DNA of 64,000 nucleotides from Rickettsiales bacterium (GCA_044356525.1 JBIKVZ010000002.1:524349-588348); one strand, 5' to 3'; counted from the first letter of the stretch, positions 51,845 to 61,713 are shown. Numbers and translations: made by a program. Notes: generated from the letters alone by a model not told the origin.

Positions 51845-51999
51845 GCCACATACATAGCAAAGAACCTCCGATTAGCAAGCCATAAAAGCAGTTGGGTTGA
51901 TGCGTCTACCGCCCTTATTCGCATAAAAATCTTCAAATTTGGGCTTTATTCTCGACGCCTTCGCCGCTAAAATGACTGCGATTTTCACCACAGCAAGGT

Positions 52000-54270
52000 A
52001 TGCACATGTTAAACGGGCGCGTTGCCTCGTTTTTGAAGTATCGGTTTATTGAGATTCTGGGGCTTTTTTTTATCGCACTCGGCATCTTCCTTGGCGTCGC
52101 CTTTTTTAGCTATAACCCGCAAGACCCTTCTTTTAACTACGCCACGAACGCCCCTTCGGCTAACTGGGCTGGGACAGCAGGCGCTTATGTGGCTGAGCCT
52201 GTCATTGAATTTATTGGCCTCGGCGCCTTTGTACTGGTGCTGATACCCATCGCATGGGGTATCCGCCTCGCCTTCCGCAAGGAAGTGCTCAAAACATGGT
52301 TCCGCATTACCATGCTCGTCTTTTGCCTGCCTGCCGTGGCCGGGCTTTTTGCACTGGTAGACAATATCATCAGCGTGCCGGAAACATGGCCCGCACGCAG
52401 CTTCGGTGGCTATATCGGCTATTTCACTTACAAACAACTGATTGGCGTACTGACGCCCGTTGGTTACGCTTTCACATTATTTGTTATCGCCAGCTTCTCT
52501 CTGTTCTTTGCTATGGGTGTAGCGCTTTCCATGTGGCTTACCCTTGTTGTGCTCGCCAGCAAAGGACTCGCTGCATTCGTTGGTTTCTTGTTCTGGCCCG
52601 TGCGTTACTACCTGCTCGGCCGCAAAGATATGGAAGAAGAAGCCGAAAAACTTGGCGTGAGCATCAAGCCAAGTAAAAAGCAAAAAATTGAAAAGGTACA
52701 AAAGAAGATTGTTGAGATTAACAAAAAGTCTTCTGAAAAAGAAAACAAGCGTAGGCAATCGCAAATCGCGATGGACCTGAAGAGCAAAGACGAGTTTCAA
52801 CTGCCTTCCGTTGCACTGCTGAAGCTGCCCGCTGCAAAAGACCGCAAAGAAAATGTAAACGAGGCCTCGCTGCAAAATAATGCGCAGCTGCTGGAAAAAG
52901 TGCTCGAAGATTTCGGCATCAAAGGCAAAATCACCCGCGTGCGCCCCGGCCCTGTGGTCACGCTATACGAATTAGAGCCTGCGCCGGGCATCAAATCTTC
53001 CCGCATTATTGCACTGGCGGATGATATTGCCCGCTCGATGAGCGCCGTTTCTACCCGCATCGCCGTCATTGCTGGCCAGAACGCGATTGGTATTGAGCTG
53101 CCGAATGAAACTCGCCAAACCGTGCTGCTGCGTGAACTGATTGAAATGGATGAATACCGCGACAACAAACACAACCTGCCGCTGGTGCTGGGTAAAGATA
53201 TTAGTGGTGACAGCGTGATTGCCGACCTCGCCAAAATGCCGCATTTGTTGGTGGCTGGCACAACGGGTTCCGGTAAATCGGTGGCGATTAACACGATGAT
53301 TCTTTCGTTGCTGTATAAGTATACGCCCGCGGAATGCAAATTCATCATGATTGACCCCAAGATGCTGGAGCTTTCCATGTATGAAGGTATTCCGCATTTG
53401 CTTTCACCCGTGGTGACCGAACCGGGTAAAGCCGTGGTGGCGCTGAAATGGACCGTGCGCGAAATGGAAAACCGCTACCGCCTGATGTCTACCCTTGGGG
53501 TGCGCAACGTAGCAAGCTATAACCAGCGCATCGCCGAAGCGAAAAAGAATCGCGAAAAGCTGACGCGCACGGTGCAGACGGGTTTTGACCCTGACACCGG
53601 CAAACCGATTATGGAACAAGTGCCGCTCGATATCACACCCCTGCCCTTCATTGTGGTAGTGGTCGATGAAATGGCCGACCTGATGCTAACGGCAGGGAAG
53701 GATATTGAAGGCTCCATCCAGCGCCTTGCGCAGATGGCCCGCGCGGCAGGCATTCATATTATTATGGCCACGCAACGCCCGTCGGTGGACGTTATCACCG
53801 GTGTGATTAAAGCCAACTTCCCCACGCGTATCAGCTTCCAGGTGAGCTCACGCATCGACAGCCGCACCATTTTAGGCGACCAAGGTGCTGAACAACTGCT
53901 CGGCATGGGTGATATGCTTTATATGATGGGTGGCGGGCGCATCGTGCGCGTACACGGCCCGTTCGTGGATGAAAAAGAAGTAGAAAAAGTCGTCGCCTTC
54001 CTCAAGAAGCAAGGTAGCCCACAATATGTGGAAGACGTAACAAAAGAAGAAGAAGAACTGCTGCTACCCGGCTTTGAAGGTGGCGAGAGCGATGATTTAT
54101 ACCAACGCGCGGTTTCTATCGTGCGGCAGGAAGGTAAGGCATCTACCAGCTTTATCCAGCGTATGCTCAAAATTGGCTACAACCGCGCGGCCGATATTAT
54201 GGACCGCATGGAAAAAGAAGGTATCGTGAGCGCAGCCAACCATGTAGGCAAACGCGAAGTGTTGTTGTAG
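52000..54270 (+). CDS. ftsK: DNA translocase FtsK
   Basis: N-terminal TM domain, GPVVTLYE, MPHLLVAGTTGSGKSV, IDPKMLEL, ATQRPSVDVITG, gamma domain IGYNRAA. Confidence 0.97.
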   Translation: MHMLNGRVASFLKYRFIEILGLFFIALGIFLGVAFFSYNPQDPSFNYATNAPSANWAGTAGAYVAEPVIEFIGLGAFVLVLIPIAWGIRLAFRKEVLKTWFRITMLVFCLPAVAGLFALVDNIISVPETWPARSFGGYIGYFTYKQLIGVLTPVGYAFTLFVIASFSLFFAMGVALSMWLTLVVLASKGLAAFVGFLFWPVRYYLLGRKDMEEEAEKLGVSIKPSKKQKIEKVQKKIVEINKKSSEKENKRRQSQIAMDLKSKDEFQLPSVALLKLPAAKDRKENVNEASLQNNAQLLEKVLEDFGIKGKITRVRPGPVVTLYELEPAPGIKSSRIIALADDIARSMSAVSTRIAVIAGQNAIGIELPNETRQTVLLRELIEMDEYRDNKHNLPLVLGKDISGDSVIADLAKMPHLLVAGTTGSGKSVAINTMILSLLYKYTPAECKFIMIDPKMLELSMYEGIPHLLSPVVTEPGKAVVALKWTVREMENRYRLMSTLGVRNVASYNQRIAEAKKNREKLTRTVQTGFDPDTGKPIMEQVPLDITPLPFIVVVVDEMADLMLTAGKDIEGSIQRLAQMARAAGIHIIMATQRPSVDVITGVIKANFPTRISFQVSSRIDSRTILGDQGAEQLLGMGDMLYMMGGGRIVRVHGPFVDEKEVEKVVAFLKKQGSPQYVEDVTKEEEELLLPGFEGGESDDLYQRAVSIVRQEGKASTSFIQRMLKIGYNRAADIMDRMEKEGIVSAANHVGKREVLL

Positions 54271-54298
54271 CGCTCATAATTATTGTATTAGGAATAAC

Positions 54299-55093
54299 AT
54301 GAAACATTCTATCGCCGCCTTAGTAACCACACTGTGCCTCGCAAGCCCGCTTGCCACACAAGCACAAAGCCCCCTGCCCGCAAATGCTGCACTGGTGCAA
54401 CCCGCCGCGTTCGCGCCGACAAAAGAACAGCAAAAAGCGATTGCGCAGGCTGAGGAATTCCTCAACAGCATTAAAACCATGAAGGCGAATTTTCAGCAGG
54501 TAATGCCCATGCATGGCACGATGCCAGGCGGCACGGTGAGCGAAGGCGTTGTCTATTTAAGGCGCCCCGGCCAAATGAAGTGGGTGTACACCATGCCTTC
54601 CGCTGTGGAGATTTTTCTTGAGAAAAACCGCGTGATTTATTACGACAAAGAGCTTGATCAGGTCACTTACGCCCCGCTGGAGCACATGCTCGCCAGCCTG
54701 ATTGCACAGGACAATATCAGCTTTACGGATGGTAATATCAAAGTCATCGGCGTGAAGAAGGACGACATGGGCATCCGCATCACGCTGGAACAGCAGCTTC
54801 AGACACCTGAACCCCCGGATGCAGAAAATGTTGCAACACTGGGCGAAGGCGCTGAAGTACCTCAGCCTATATCAGAAGAAGAAAAAGCTGAAATTTCTGC
54901 CTCGCCTCAACAAATTGCAATGACGTTCTTGAATCCAGACAAAGATATGTATCTTTATAGCATGGATATATTGGACGAAGGCGGACGCAATACGCGGATT
55001 GAATTTTCTGACGTCGTATATGGCGTACCGCTAGATGATGCCGTGTTTGAATTTAAAAACCCACAGCTCTTTAACCCCAAAAAGAGGAATTAG
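54299..55093 (+). CDS. lolA: Outer-membrane lipoprotein carrier LolA family protein with an acidic insertion
   Basis: Signal peptide, TMKANFQQ, YLRRPGQMKWVY, YYDKELDQVT, VFEF; ftsK-lolA synteny. Confidence 0.82.
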   Translation: MKHSIAALVTTLCLASPLATQAQSPLPANAALVQPAAFAPTKEQQKAIAQAEEFLNSIKTMKANFQQVMPMHGTMPGGTVSEGVVYLRRPGQMKWVYTMPSAVEIFLEKNRVIYYDKELDQVTYAPLEHMLASLIAQDNISFTDGNIKVIGVKKDDMGIRITLEQQLQTPEPPDAENVATLGEGAEVPQPISEEEKAEISASPQQIAMTFLNPDKDMYLYSMDILDEGGRNTRIEFSDVVYGVPLDDAVFEFKNPQLFNPKKRN

Positions 55094-55097
55094 ACCT

Positions 55098-55583
55098 ATG
55101 CCAAGTTTTGATATCGTTTCTAAAACGGATATGCAGGAAATTGATAACGCAGTGAACACGGCGCGCCGTGAGATGGAAAACCGCTACGATTTTAAAGGTA
55201 GTAAGTGCACGATTGAACGCAAGGAAGAGGAAATCACCATCCTTGCAGACGATGATTATAAAATTAAAGCGATTCAAGATATTCTAAAAACACACATCAC
55301 GCGCCGCAAAATTGATGTAAAGGCTCTGGAGTTTAAAGAACCTGAGAAGGCCTCTGGCAATGCGCTGCGCCAACTGGTGAAGGTAAAGCAGGGAATCGAG
55401 CAGGAAGTTGCCAAGAAAATCGTAAAGGCTCTGAAAGACAGTAAAATGAAAGTTCAGGCATCTATTCAAGGTGATCAGCTGCGTGTTTCAGGACCCAAGA
55501 GGGATACGCTGCAAGAAGCAATTCAGTTCGTACGTGGTATGGATGTAGAAGTGCCTTTGCAATTTGATAATTTCCGGGACTAA
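55098..55583 (+). CDS. yajQ: YajQ family nucleotide-binding protein
   Basis: MPSFDIVSK, EIDNAV, RYDFKGS, KVQASIQGDQLRVSG, LQFDNFRD. Confidence 0.95.
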   Translation: MPSFDIVSKTDMQEIDNAVNTARREMENRYDFKGSKCTIERKEEEITILADDDYKIKAIQDILKTHITRRKIDVKALEFKEPEKASGNALRQLVKVKQGIEQEVAKKIVKALKDSKMKVQASIQGDQLRVSGPKRDTLQEAIQFVRGMDVEVPLQFDNFRD

Positions 55584-55585
55584 CG

Positions 55586-58500
55586 CTAATAGTTCTTATA
55601 GAAATTCTTTTCCCATTCATCGATGAAGCGCTGCGTAATCCACATAGAGGAAAGGTCGGAGGGAGAGCCCTCTGCATTGTGGCTTATTGACATATCTTGG
55701 CTCACGTTTAGCATAAACACGGTATCCGCTTTATAGACCCAATCCGACAGGCTAAAGTTAGCGTTGGTTGTAATATTTTTTATAGCAAAGTGGGTTGCGA
55801 CTGCACCATCCGATAAGAAATTGCCATCTTTGACACTGATGTTTGAAGCCAAGTAGTCAAACGTGGTGCTGCCGTTCGAAGAGGCATAGCTTAAGAACTT
55901 TCTTAGGTCTTCTATTTTACTGTGTTTATTACTGTCCTGAACAATTGAGCCAATATCCACGCCCGTAAATTCAGCACCCCTAACCGTAATGGTGCCACTA
56001 CCAGAGAGGCTTGAAACAATGTCGGCTTCCTTGGTGCCATTTGACGACAAGCCAAGACTTAAACTAAAGCGACCTTGCTTGGCACGGGAAAAGCCAAATA
56101 TATCTCTTAACGCCGTAGTAAAATCAGCATTATTTATGGAAATAGAAAGGCCAATGTTTGGCTTATCGACACCGATATCTGCCTTTGCATCAATAATACC
56201 ACCCATGAAAGTGCCTCGAAATGTCTCAACTTTCATGTCTTTTCCATCGGATGAAACAGTCACGTCTGCATCCTTGAATGGCAGCCTTCCAATTTGAAGA
56301 TCTTTGAATTTGCCAGTGACTTTCATATTCGCAACACCGAGGCGTGTAAGATAGAAGTCTTCCTGCGACCAGACGATTGGCTGTTTTGGATCCTGTGGTG
56401 GCAGCACCTTACTCGAAAAATCAGTCAAGTAGCGAAAATCGAATTTATCGGACGTAATATTAGCTTCAATATAAGGAGTAATACTCTTTGTGCTGATAAG
56501 GCCATTTAACTCCGTTTTACCCGCAAAGGAATCAAAGGATAGTTTTTTAACTTCCATGATACTTGGCTTCATCACTAGCACGGCATTTAAGTTTTTAAAT
56601 GTGTCTCCACGAACCACCAACTCATCTATGTCCAAGGACACACCGAAATTTTTTAAGTAACCAGAAGGCCAGCGCAAGAAAGCATCGAGCTTAGATTGCT
56701 CTAGCACGACATCTCTTTCCTTATAGGGCTGGTCAAAAAAGGAAGTCTTGCCTTCAAGCGAATTGAGGAGGTACTTGTCAAGATTAAGGTATTTAATTTT
56801 AAAGGCGCTCGTCGTTGCGGGGTTGTCGCCTTTTTGTACAAGGGCCTGACCTAAAAGGAATGTCTGATCTACACCGACGCTAATTTTATTCACCAGTATG
56901 CGCTCAGGCAAAATTGTAACACCTGCCTCAACAGAGAAGTTTTTTAAAACGCCTTCTTTTACTTCAGGGAATGGTAGTTTTAACCATGTTATAAGAGGCA
57001 GTAACTCATCCCCACTGGCTTTAATGACACTTTCAAATTTTTGAATCTCTTGTCCGTCCTTCATCTCTTTTGACAATGTTCCAGAAACATCAATAGAGCT
57101 ATTGCCCGGTAAATTTTTCGCAGTAAGTGTTTTGATCAGCGTTTCGCCCTGACCAAACTCAGCGTCCACACGAAGACCAGAGATTTTCTGACCACGAAAT
57201 ACAGCTTCATCTACTGTCATATCCAGTTGCAGTTTCAGCGTCGACGCAAGGTCGAACTTAGCATTTCTTTCCTGCTGTTTCATGCTCTTCATTTCTTCTC
57301 TTAAGAGCTGCTGCTGAGAAACCTCAGGAAGGGCTTGAGTGGCCGCCTCTGGTTTGGGTGGGGCCGCAGGTGCCGTGGCATCAGTAGCACCTAGCGTTGG
57401 AACTATTGCCTGCTCTCCTTCTGTTACAGGCGCGCCTGGCAATACTACCGCTGCAATTTTTTCTTCCATTACATCGTCTAAGTTAATCTTTTCGAATCCA
57501 AGCTTGAACAATAGTTCCGTGTGTTCTTCTCCGAATAGAGAACTAACTTCACCTTTGCCTTTTGTGCTAATCGAATTAATCGCAAGTTCTTTAAGACTAA
57601 ACCCAGAGCCATTGAGGGTTAGCGCCCCACTAATGTCTGTTGTTTTGCTAGAAAACACCTCAGAAACTTTGCTCGGCAAAATTGTGTTATCAATGCCGAA
57701 ATAATCTGTCATTGATTCAATGGATTTATCAAGGCTTGCCTTTAACATCCCTTGTAATTGGGGCTTGGTATTCCAATTGGTAATATCACCTTTAAAATCA
57801 AAACTAGACGTGCCTGCCGCAATTTTTACTTCCACATCGGCACCTTGGTCAGACAAATTGCCTGTTACCATGTCGAACCGATAGTTCAGGAGACTAGACT
57901 CGAGCCCTCCTTTGATAATAAAAGGCCCAGAAAAAGAATCGGCATTGATATCTACGTTAGAGAGTTCTATCAGGCGTTCCTGCGGCTTGGCTTTTTTACC
58001 AGAACGGAAGAATAATTTACCTGCCGTGATTACCACATGGCGGATGCCAGCAAATTCTTCTGCTGTTTTCTTGCCTTGCGAGACCTCTGCCACGCTGCGA
58101 TTAGATTTGAAATCCCAATTCGGCTTACTATCTTGGAAGTTTTCAAGTTCAATCACTAAGTCTGTTAGTTCAAGCTTAACGATTCGTACTCTCCCGAATA
58201 ACAGCGCAAATACCGATGGATGCGCTGTCATCGTCTGCACACTGAATATGTGTTTTGTACTAGCGCTCGGTGGATTAGAAAGTTTTACGCCATGAATAGT
58301 AAAACTTGGTAAAGGGAAAGCTTTAAACTCAATACTACCATCAATAATCAGCTCCCTGCCCGTCATCGACAGCATCTGGTTTTTTAAATTATCTTTCTGC
58401 TTATCCCAATCAATCAGGAACGGAATCATGTATAGAGTAACCACAGCGATGAGCAGTGGCATGGTAAGTAAAGCCAGCAATTTTTTGCGGCGACTGCCGC

Positions 58501-59158
58501 GCTTGTCTTTTTCAGAAATCAATAGATCCTTATTGCGGAAACCACCCATAGCGCTGGGATCCATCGGCGTTGGCATTGGTAAATCGCTGCCGGGAAAGTG
58601 CATTGGCTGAACGGGCTCAACTACTTTTGGAGTAATTGGCGTAGACTGTGGCTCGCTTAAAAATGGTGGCGCTGGCGGCGCAATTGGCGCAACAGGTTTA
58701 GGTGGTGGAGTAACATTCTGCGGGGGTGGCGCACCAAAACCAGATGGCGGCGGCGCCGACATTACCGGTGGAAGCACAGGCGCAGCGACAGGTTGCGGAG
58801 GCGGTGCCGGTGGCGGTGGAACTGGTGCAGCGACAGGCGGTGGAACTGGAGAAGCGACAGGCTGCGGAGCCGGTGGCATCAACGGTTGAGCCGGAGGCAT
58901 CAATGGTTGGGCCGGAGGCACAGGCGGTTTTTGTGCAAGCGGTGGTGTCGCTGAAATAGATGGCTGCTGCGGTGGCGGAGTGGTGCCAAAACCAGGCGGC
59001 GGCACAGGCGGTGGGGCAAAAAATCCGGGTGGTGGTGGTGGTGGCGCACCGAAAGATGGCGGCGGCACCTGAGGTTTAGAAGGCGGTGTAGCTGAAGAGC
59101 CGGGTGCTGGAACTTGTGGCGCGCCCTGCGAATTTTGATTATTTTTTTCTTCCGTCAC
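55586..59158 (-). CDS. AsmA-family protein with long proline-rich N-terminal extension
   Basis: After ~220 aa: TM helix, then PFLIDW...TGRELIIDG...FPLP...GVKLSNP...KPNWDF (AsmA N-terminus); C-terminal LSGSG...FTGVDI...GSTTF resembles AsmA_2. Confidence 0.8.
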   Translation of the reverse strand: MTEEKNNQNSQGAPQVPAPGSSATPPSKPQVPPPSFGAPPPPPPGFFAPPPVPPPGFGTTPPPQQPSISATPPLAQKPPVPPAQPLMPPAQPLMPPAPQPVASPVPPPVAAPVPPPPAPPPQPVAAPVLPPVMSAPPPSGFGAPPPQNVTPPPKPVAPIAPPAPPFLSEPQSTPITPKVVEPVQPMHFPGSDLPMPTPMDPSAMGGFRNKDLLISEKDKRGSRRKKLLALLTMPLLIAVVTLYMIPFLIDWDKQKDNLKNQMLSMTGRELIIDGSIEFKAFPLPSFTIHGVKLSNPPSASTKHIFSVQTMTAHPSVFALLFGRVRIVKLELTDLVIELENFQDSKPNWDFKSNRSVAEVSQGKKTAEEFAGIRHVVITAGKLFFRSGKKAKPQERLIELSNVDINADSFSGPFIIKGGLESSLLNYRFDMVTGNLSDQGADVEVKIAAGTSSFDFKGDITNWNTKPQLQGMLKASLDKSIESMTDYFGIDNTILPSKVSEVFSSKTTDISGALTLNGSGFSLKELAINSISTKGKGEVSSLFGEEHTELLFKLGFEKINLDDVMEEKIAAVVLPGAPVTEGEQAIVPTLGATDATAPAAPPKPEAATQALPEVSQQQLLREEMKSMKQQERNAKFDLASTLKLQLDMTVDEAVFRGQKISGLRVDAEFGQGETLIKTLTAKNLPGNSSIDVSGTLSKEMKDGQEIQKFESVIKASGDELLPLITWLKLPFPEVKEGVLKNFSVEAGVTILPERILVNKISVGVDQTFLLGQALVQKGDNPATTSAFKIKYLNLDKYLLNSLEGKTSFFDQPYKERDVVLEQSKLDAFLRWPSGYLKNFGVSLDIDELVVRGDTFKNLNAVLVMKPSIMEVKKLSFDSFAGKTELNGLISTKSITPYIEANITSDKFDFRYLTDFSSKVLPPQDPKQPIVWSQEDFYLTRLGVANMKVTGKFKDLQIGRLPFKDADVTVSSDGKDMKVETFRGTFMGGIIDAKADIGVDKPNIGLSISINNADFTTALRDIFGFSRAKQGRFSLSLGLSSNGTKEADIVSSLSGSGTITVRGAEFTGVDIGSIVQDSNKHSKIEDLRKFLSYASSNGSTTFDYLASNISVKDGNFLSDGAVATHFAIKNITTNANFSLSDWVYKADTVFMLNVSQDMSISHNAEGSPSDLSSMWITQRFIDEWEKNFYKNY

Positions 59159-59484
59159 CGTTATGCCTTTGTAAAATCGTAGTAGCTAAGTGAATAATAC
59201 TTTATTGGCGCAAAATCAAATCTTTCGTCACTCTGGCGTACAATAGTTTTCAGCTGGAAAATTCTACCACACTTTTGACCAATCACTATTTCCAAAATCC
59301 CTCTTTACCTCTCTCGCGATTTGGTACTATGATGACCCTCCGCTCTGAATTCGCTTATCGACGTGTATTGGGGTTTTGTCGGTAAGTGGAGCGTTGCGGG
59401 AACGGGGACAACCTATCCTTCGTGAACACTAGTTTTAGGCGTATATATACATATATATGCGCCGAGGCGTTTGTTCGCCAAGAC

Positions 59485-59532
59485 ATACTACATATTGTGT
59501 TTTTGGTGCTGCGAATATACCACATATGTTAA
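59485..59532. promoter_or_regulatory. Tandem NrdR boxes upstream of nrdA
   Basis: ATACTACATATTGTGT (59485-59500) fits acaCwAtATaTwGtgt; weaker ATACCACATATGTTAA starts 32 bp later, the usual spacing. Confidence 0.75.
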
Positions 59533-59645
59533 AATTTATATTTTTTTAGTAGACATGTGCCGCAGGCTTTCCATAGTATGAACATTGGGACACAGGAAGG
59601 GAACTTATGAGGGCTTTGAAAAGTTCTACTGAAGGAGCGCCAGGT

Positions 59646-61523
59646 ATGGTGAATGTTACAAAAACGGATATCACGGTGAAGGTTGATCGCACACGTGATG
59701 CTAACCTCTCTTCTTTCGGCAAAGCCGTGTTGCAGGACAGGTACCTGCTTACCGGCGAGTCCTACCAAGATTTATTCGCACGTGTTGCATCTTACTATGC
59801 GGACGACTCCGCCCATGCGCAGCGCTTGTATGATTACATCAGCCATCTGTGGTTTATGCCTGCCACGCCGATTCTTTCCAACGGCGGCACAGACCGTGGC
59901 ATGCCCATCTCTTGCTTCCTGAACGAAACACAGGACAGCCTCGAAGGCATTGTGGATTTATGGAATGAAAACGTGTGGCTTGCTGCACGTGGCGGCGGCA
60001 TCGGTAGCTATTGGGGCAATCTGCGCTCCATCGGCGAATCCGTGCGCGGCAATGGCAAAACCTCTGGTGTGATTCCGTTCCTGCGCGTGCAGGATTCGCT
60101 TACCCTCGCGATTTCACAGGGCTCGCTGCGTCGCGGTAGCTCGGCTGTGTATCTGCCGATTGACCACCCGGAAGTCGAGGAATTTATTGAGATTCGTCGC
60201 CCCACTGGTGGCGATCCGAACCGCAAAGCGCCGAATATTCACCAAGGCATTGCTGTCTCTGACGCCTTCATGGAAGCGGTTGAGAACGATAAAATCTGGG
60301 AACTGCGCAGCCCACGTGATAAAAGCGTTGTCTCTATTATTAATGCACGCGAACTGTGGATTAAGCTGCTCACGGCACGCATTGAAACGGGCGAACCGTA
60401 CCTGCTGTTTATTGACAGCGTGAACAAGCATATTCCTGCGCACCATAAAAAATTGGGGCTGACGGTAAAAACGTCGAACCTGTGCAGTGAAATTACATTA
60501 CCAACCGGCATCGACCATTTGGGCGTGCGTCGCACGGCCGTCTGCTGCTTGTCTTCTCTCAATTTAGAGAAGTATGAAGACTGGGCAAACGACGAACAGT
60601 TTATTCCTGATATCATGCGCTTCTTAGATAACGTGTTGCAGGATTTTATTGATAAAGCACCAGAAACCATGAAGGCGGCAACTTATTCCGCTATGCGCGA
60701 GCGCAGTGTTGGCCTTGGTGTGATGGGCTTCCATTCTTTCTTGCAGTCTAAAAACATTCCGATGGAATCGGTGATGGCAAAGGTTTGGAACAAAAAAATC
60801 TTCAAGCATATTCGCGAAGGTGCGGACAAGGCATCGCACGACTTGGCATTGGAGCGCGGTCCGTGTCCTGATGCAAAAGAAGTTGGCGTGATGGAGCGCT
60901 TCAGCAATAAAATTGCGATTGCACCAACAGCGTCCATTTCTATCATCGCCAATAACTCATCACCGGGTATTGAACCGTTTGCTGCGAACAGCTTTGTTCA
61001 GAAAACACTGACGGGCTCTTTCAACGTCCGTAATAAAAATTTAATAAAATTGTTGGAAGAAAAAGGAAAGAACACTGACGAAGTGTGGTCCTCTATCGCC
61101 ACGAATGAAGGCTCTGTCTTCCAACTCGACTTCCTGACGGATGAAGAGAAGGATGTTTTCAAAACCGCGCCAGAGATTGATCAGCGCTGGGTTATTGAAC
61201 ATGCCGCTGACCGAACGGATTACATTTGCCAAGCGCAGTCCGTGAATGTGTTCATGCCAGGCAACGTGCAGAAGCAATATCTGCATGATGTGCACTTCAT
61301 GGCATGGAAGAAGGGTGTGAAGAGTTTGTACTACTGCCGTTCCACTTCTATTCAACGTTCGGAAAAAGTTTCGCATGACGTTGAGCGCGCGGATCAGCAG
61401 CTCGAAATGAAATTGCAACCTGGTTATCGTCCGAAAAAAGATTACAGTGCTCCGGCGACGACTGGTGCAAATCAGCAACAGGAATCATCTTCTAATTACG
61501 AAGATTGCTTGGCGTGCCAATAA
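59646..61523 (+). CDS. nrdA: Ribonucleoside-diphosphate reductase class Ia alpha subunit (no ATP cone)
   Basis: PATPILSN, ISCFL, GGGIG, SNLCSEI, VCCLSS, APTASIS, KSLYYCRS, C-terminal CLACQ. SD GAAGGAG before ATG 59646. Confidence 0.96.
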   Translation: MVNVTKTDITVKVDRTRDANLSSFGKAVLQDRYLLTGESYQDLFARVASYYADDSAHAQRLYDYISHLWFMPATPILSNGGTDRGMPISCFLNETQDSLEGIVDLWNENVWLAARGGGIGSYWGNLRSIGESVRGNGKTSGVIPFLRVQDSLTLAISQGSLRRGSSAVYLPIDHPEVEEFIEIRRPTGGDPNRKAPNIHQGIAVSDAFMEAVENDKIWELRSPRDKSVVSIINARELWIKLLTARIETGEPYLLFIDSVNKHIPAHHKKLGLTVKTSNLCSEITLPTGIDHLGVRRTAVCCLSSLNLEKYEDWANDEQFIPDIMRFLDNVLQDFIDKAPETMKAATYSAMRERSVGLGVMGFHSFLQSKNIPMESVMAKVWNKKIFKHIREGADKASHDLALERGPCPDAKEVGVMERFSNKIAIAPTASISIIANNSSPGIEPFAANSFVQKTLTGSFNVRNKNLIKLLEEKGKNTDEVWSSIATNEGSVFQLDFLTDEEKDVFKTAPEIDQRWVIEHAADRTDYICQAQSVNVFMPGNVQKQYLHDVHFMAWKKGVKSLYYCRSTSIQRSEKVSHDVERADQQLEMKLQPGYRPKKDYSAPATTGANQQQESSSNYEDCLACQ

Positions 61524-61552
61524 AGCATTTCCAAGTCAAACGTTTACGTGTA

Positions 61553-61561
61553 TTATCCACA
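61553..61561 (+). promoter_or_regulatory. Perfect DnaA box
   Basis: TTATCCACA in the nrdA-nrdB intergenic region. Confidence 0.55.
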
Positions 61562-61596
61562 TTAGTTAAACGTTTAGCTTCTTAAGGAGGAGTAAA

Positions 61597-61713
61597 ATGG
61601 CTACTGTTAAAAAGAAAAAGACTGCGAAGAAAACTGCAAAGAAGACTGTGAAGAAAGCAGCTTCTAAGAAGAAAGCCACGAAGAAGAAATCTTCTGCTAA
61701 AAAGAAGAAATAA
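61597..61713 (+). CDS. Small lysine-rich histone-H1-like peptide (38 aa), absent from the ORF track
   Basis: SD TAAGGAGG, then MATVKKKKTAKKTAKKTVKKAASKKKATKKKSSAKKKK*; followed by stem-loops. Confidence 0.82.
   Translation: MATVKKKKTAKKTAKKTVKKAASKKKATKKKSSAKKKK

Noticed and set aside
51739-51936. 65-aa minus-strand ORF upstream of dnaX
   Set aside because: It overlaps the SRP RNA gene.
59338-59480. Cobalamin riboswitch upstream of the B12-independent RNR
   Set aside because: Only a GGGAA fragment is present; the GCAACTGT/GCCACTG and B12-box elements are missing.
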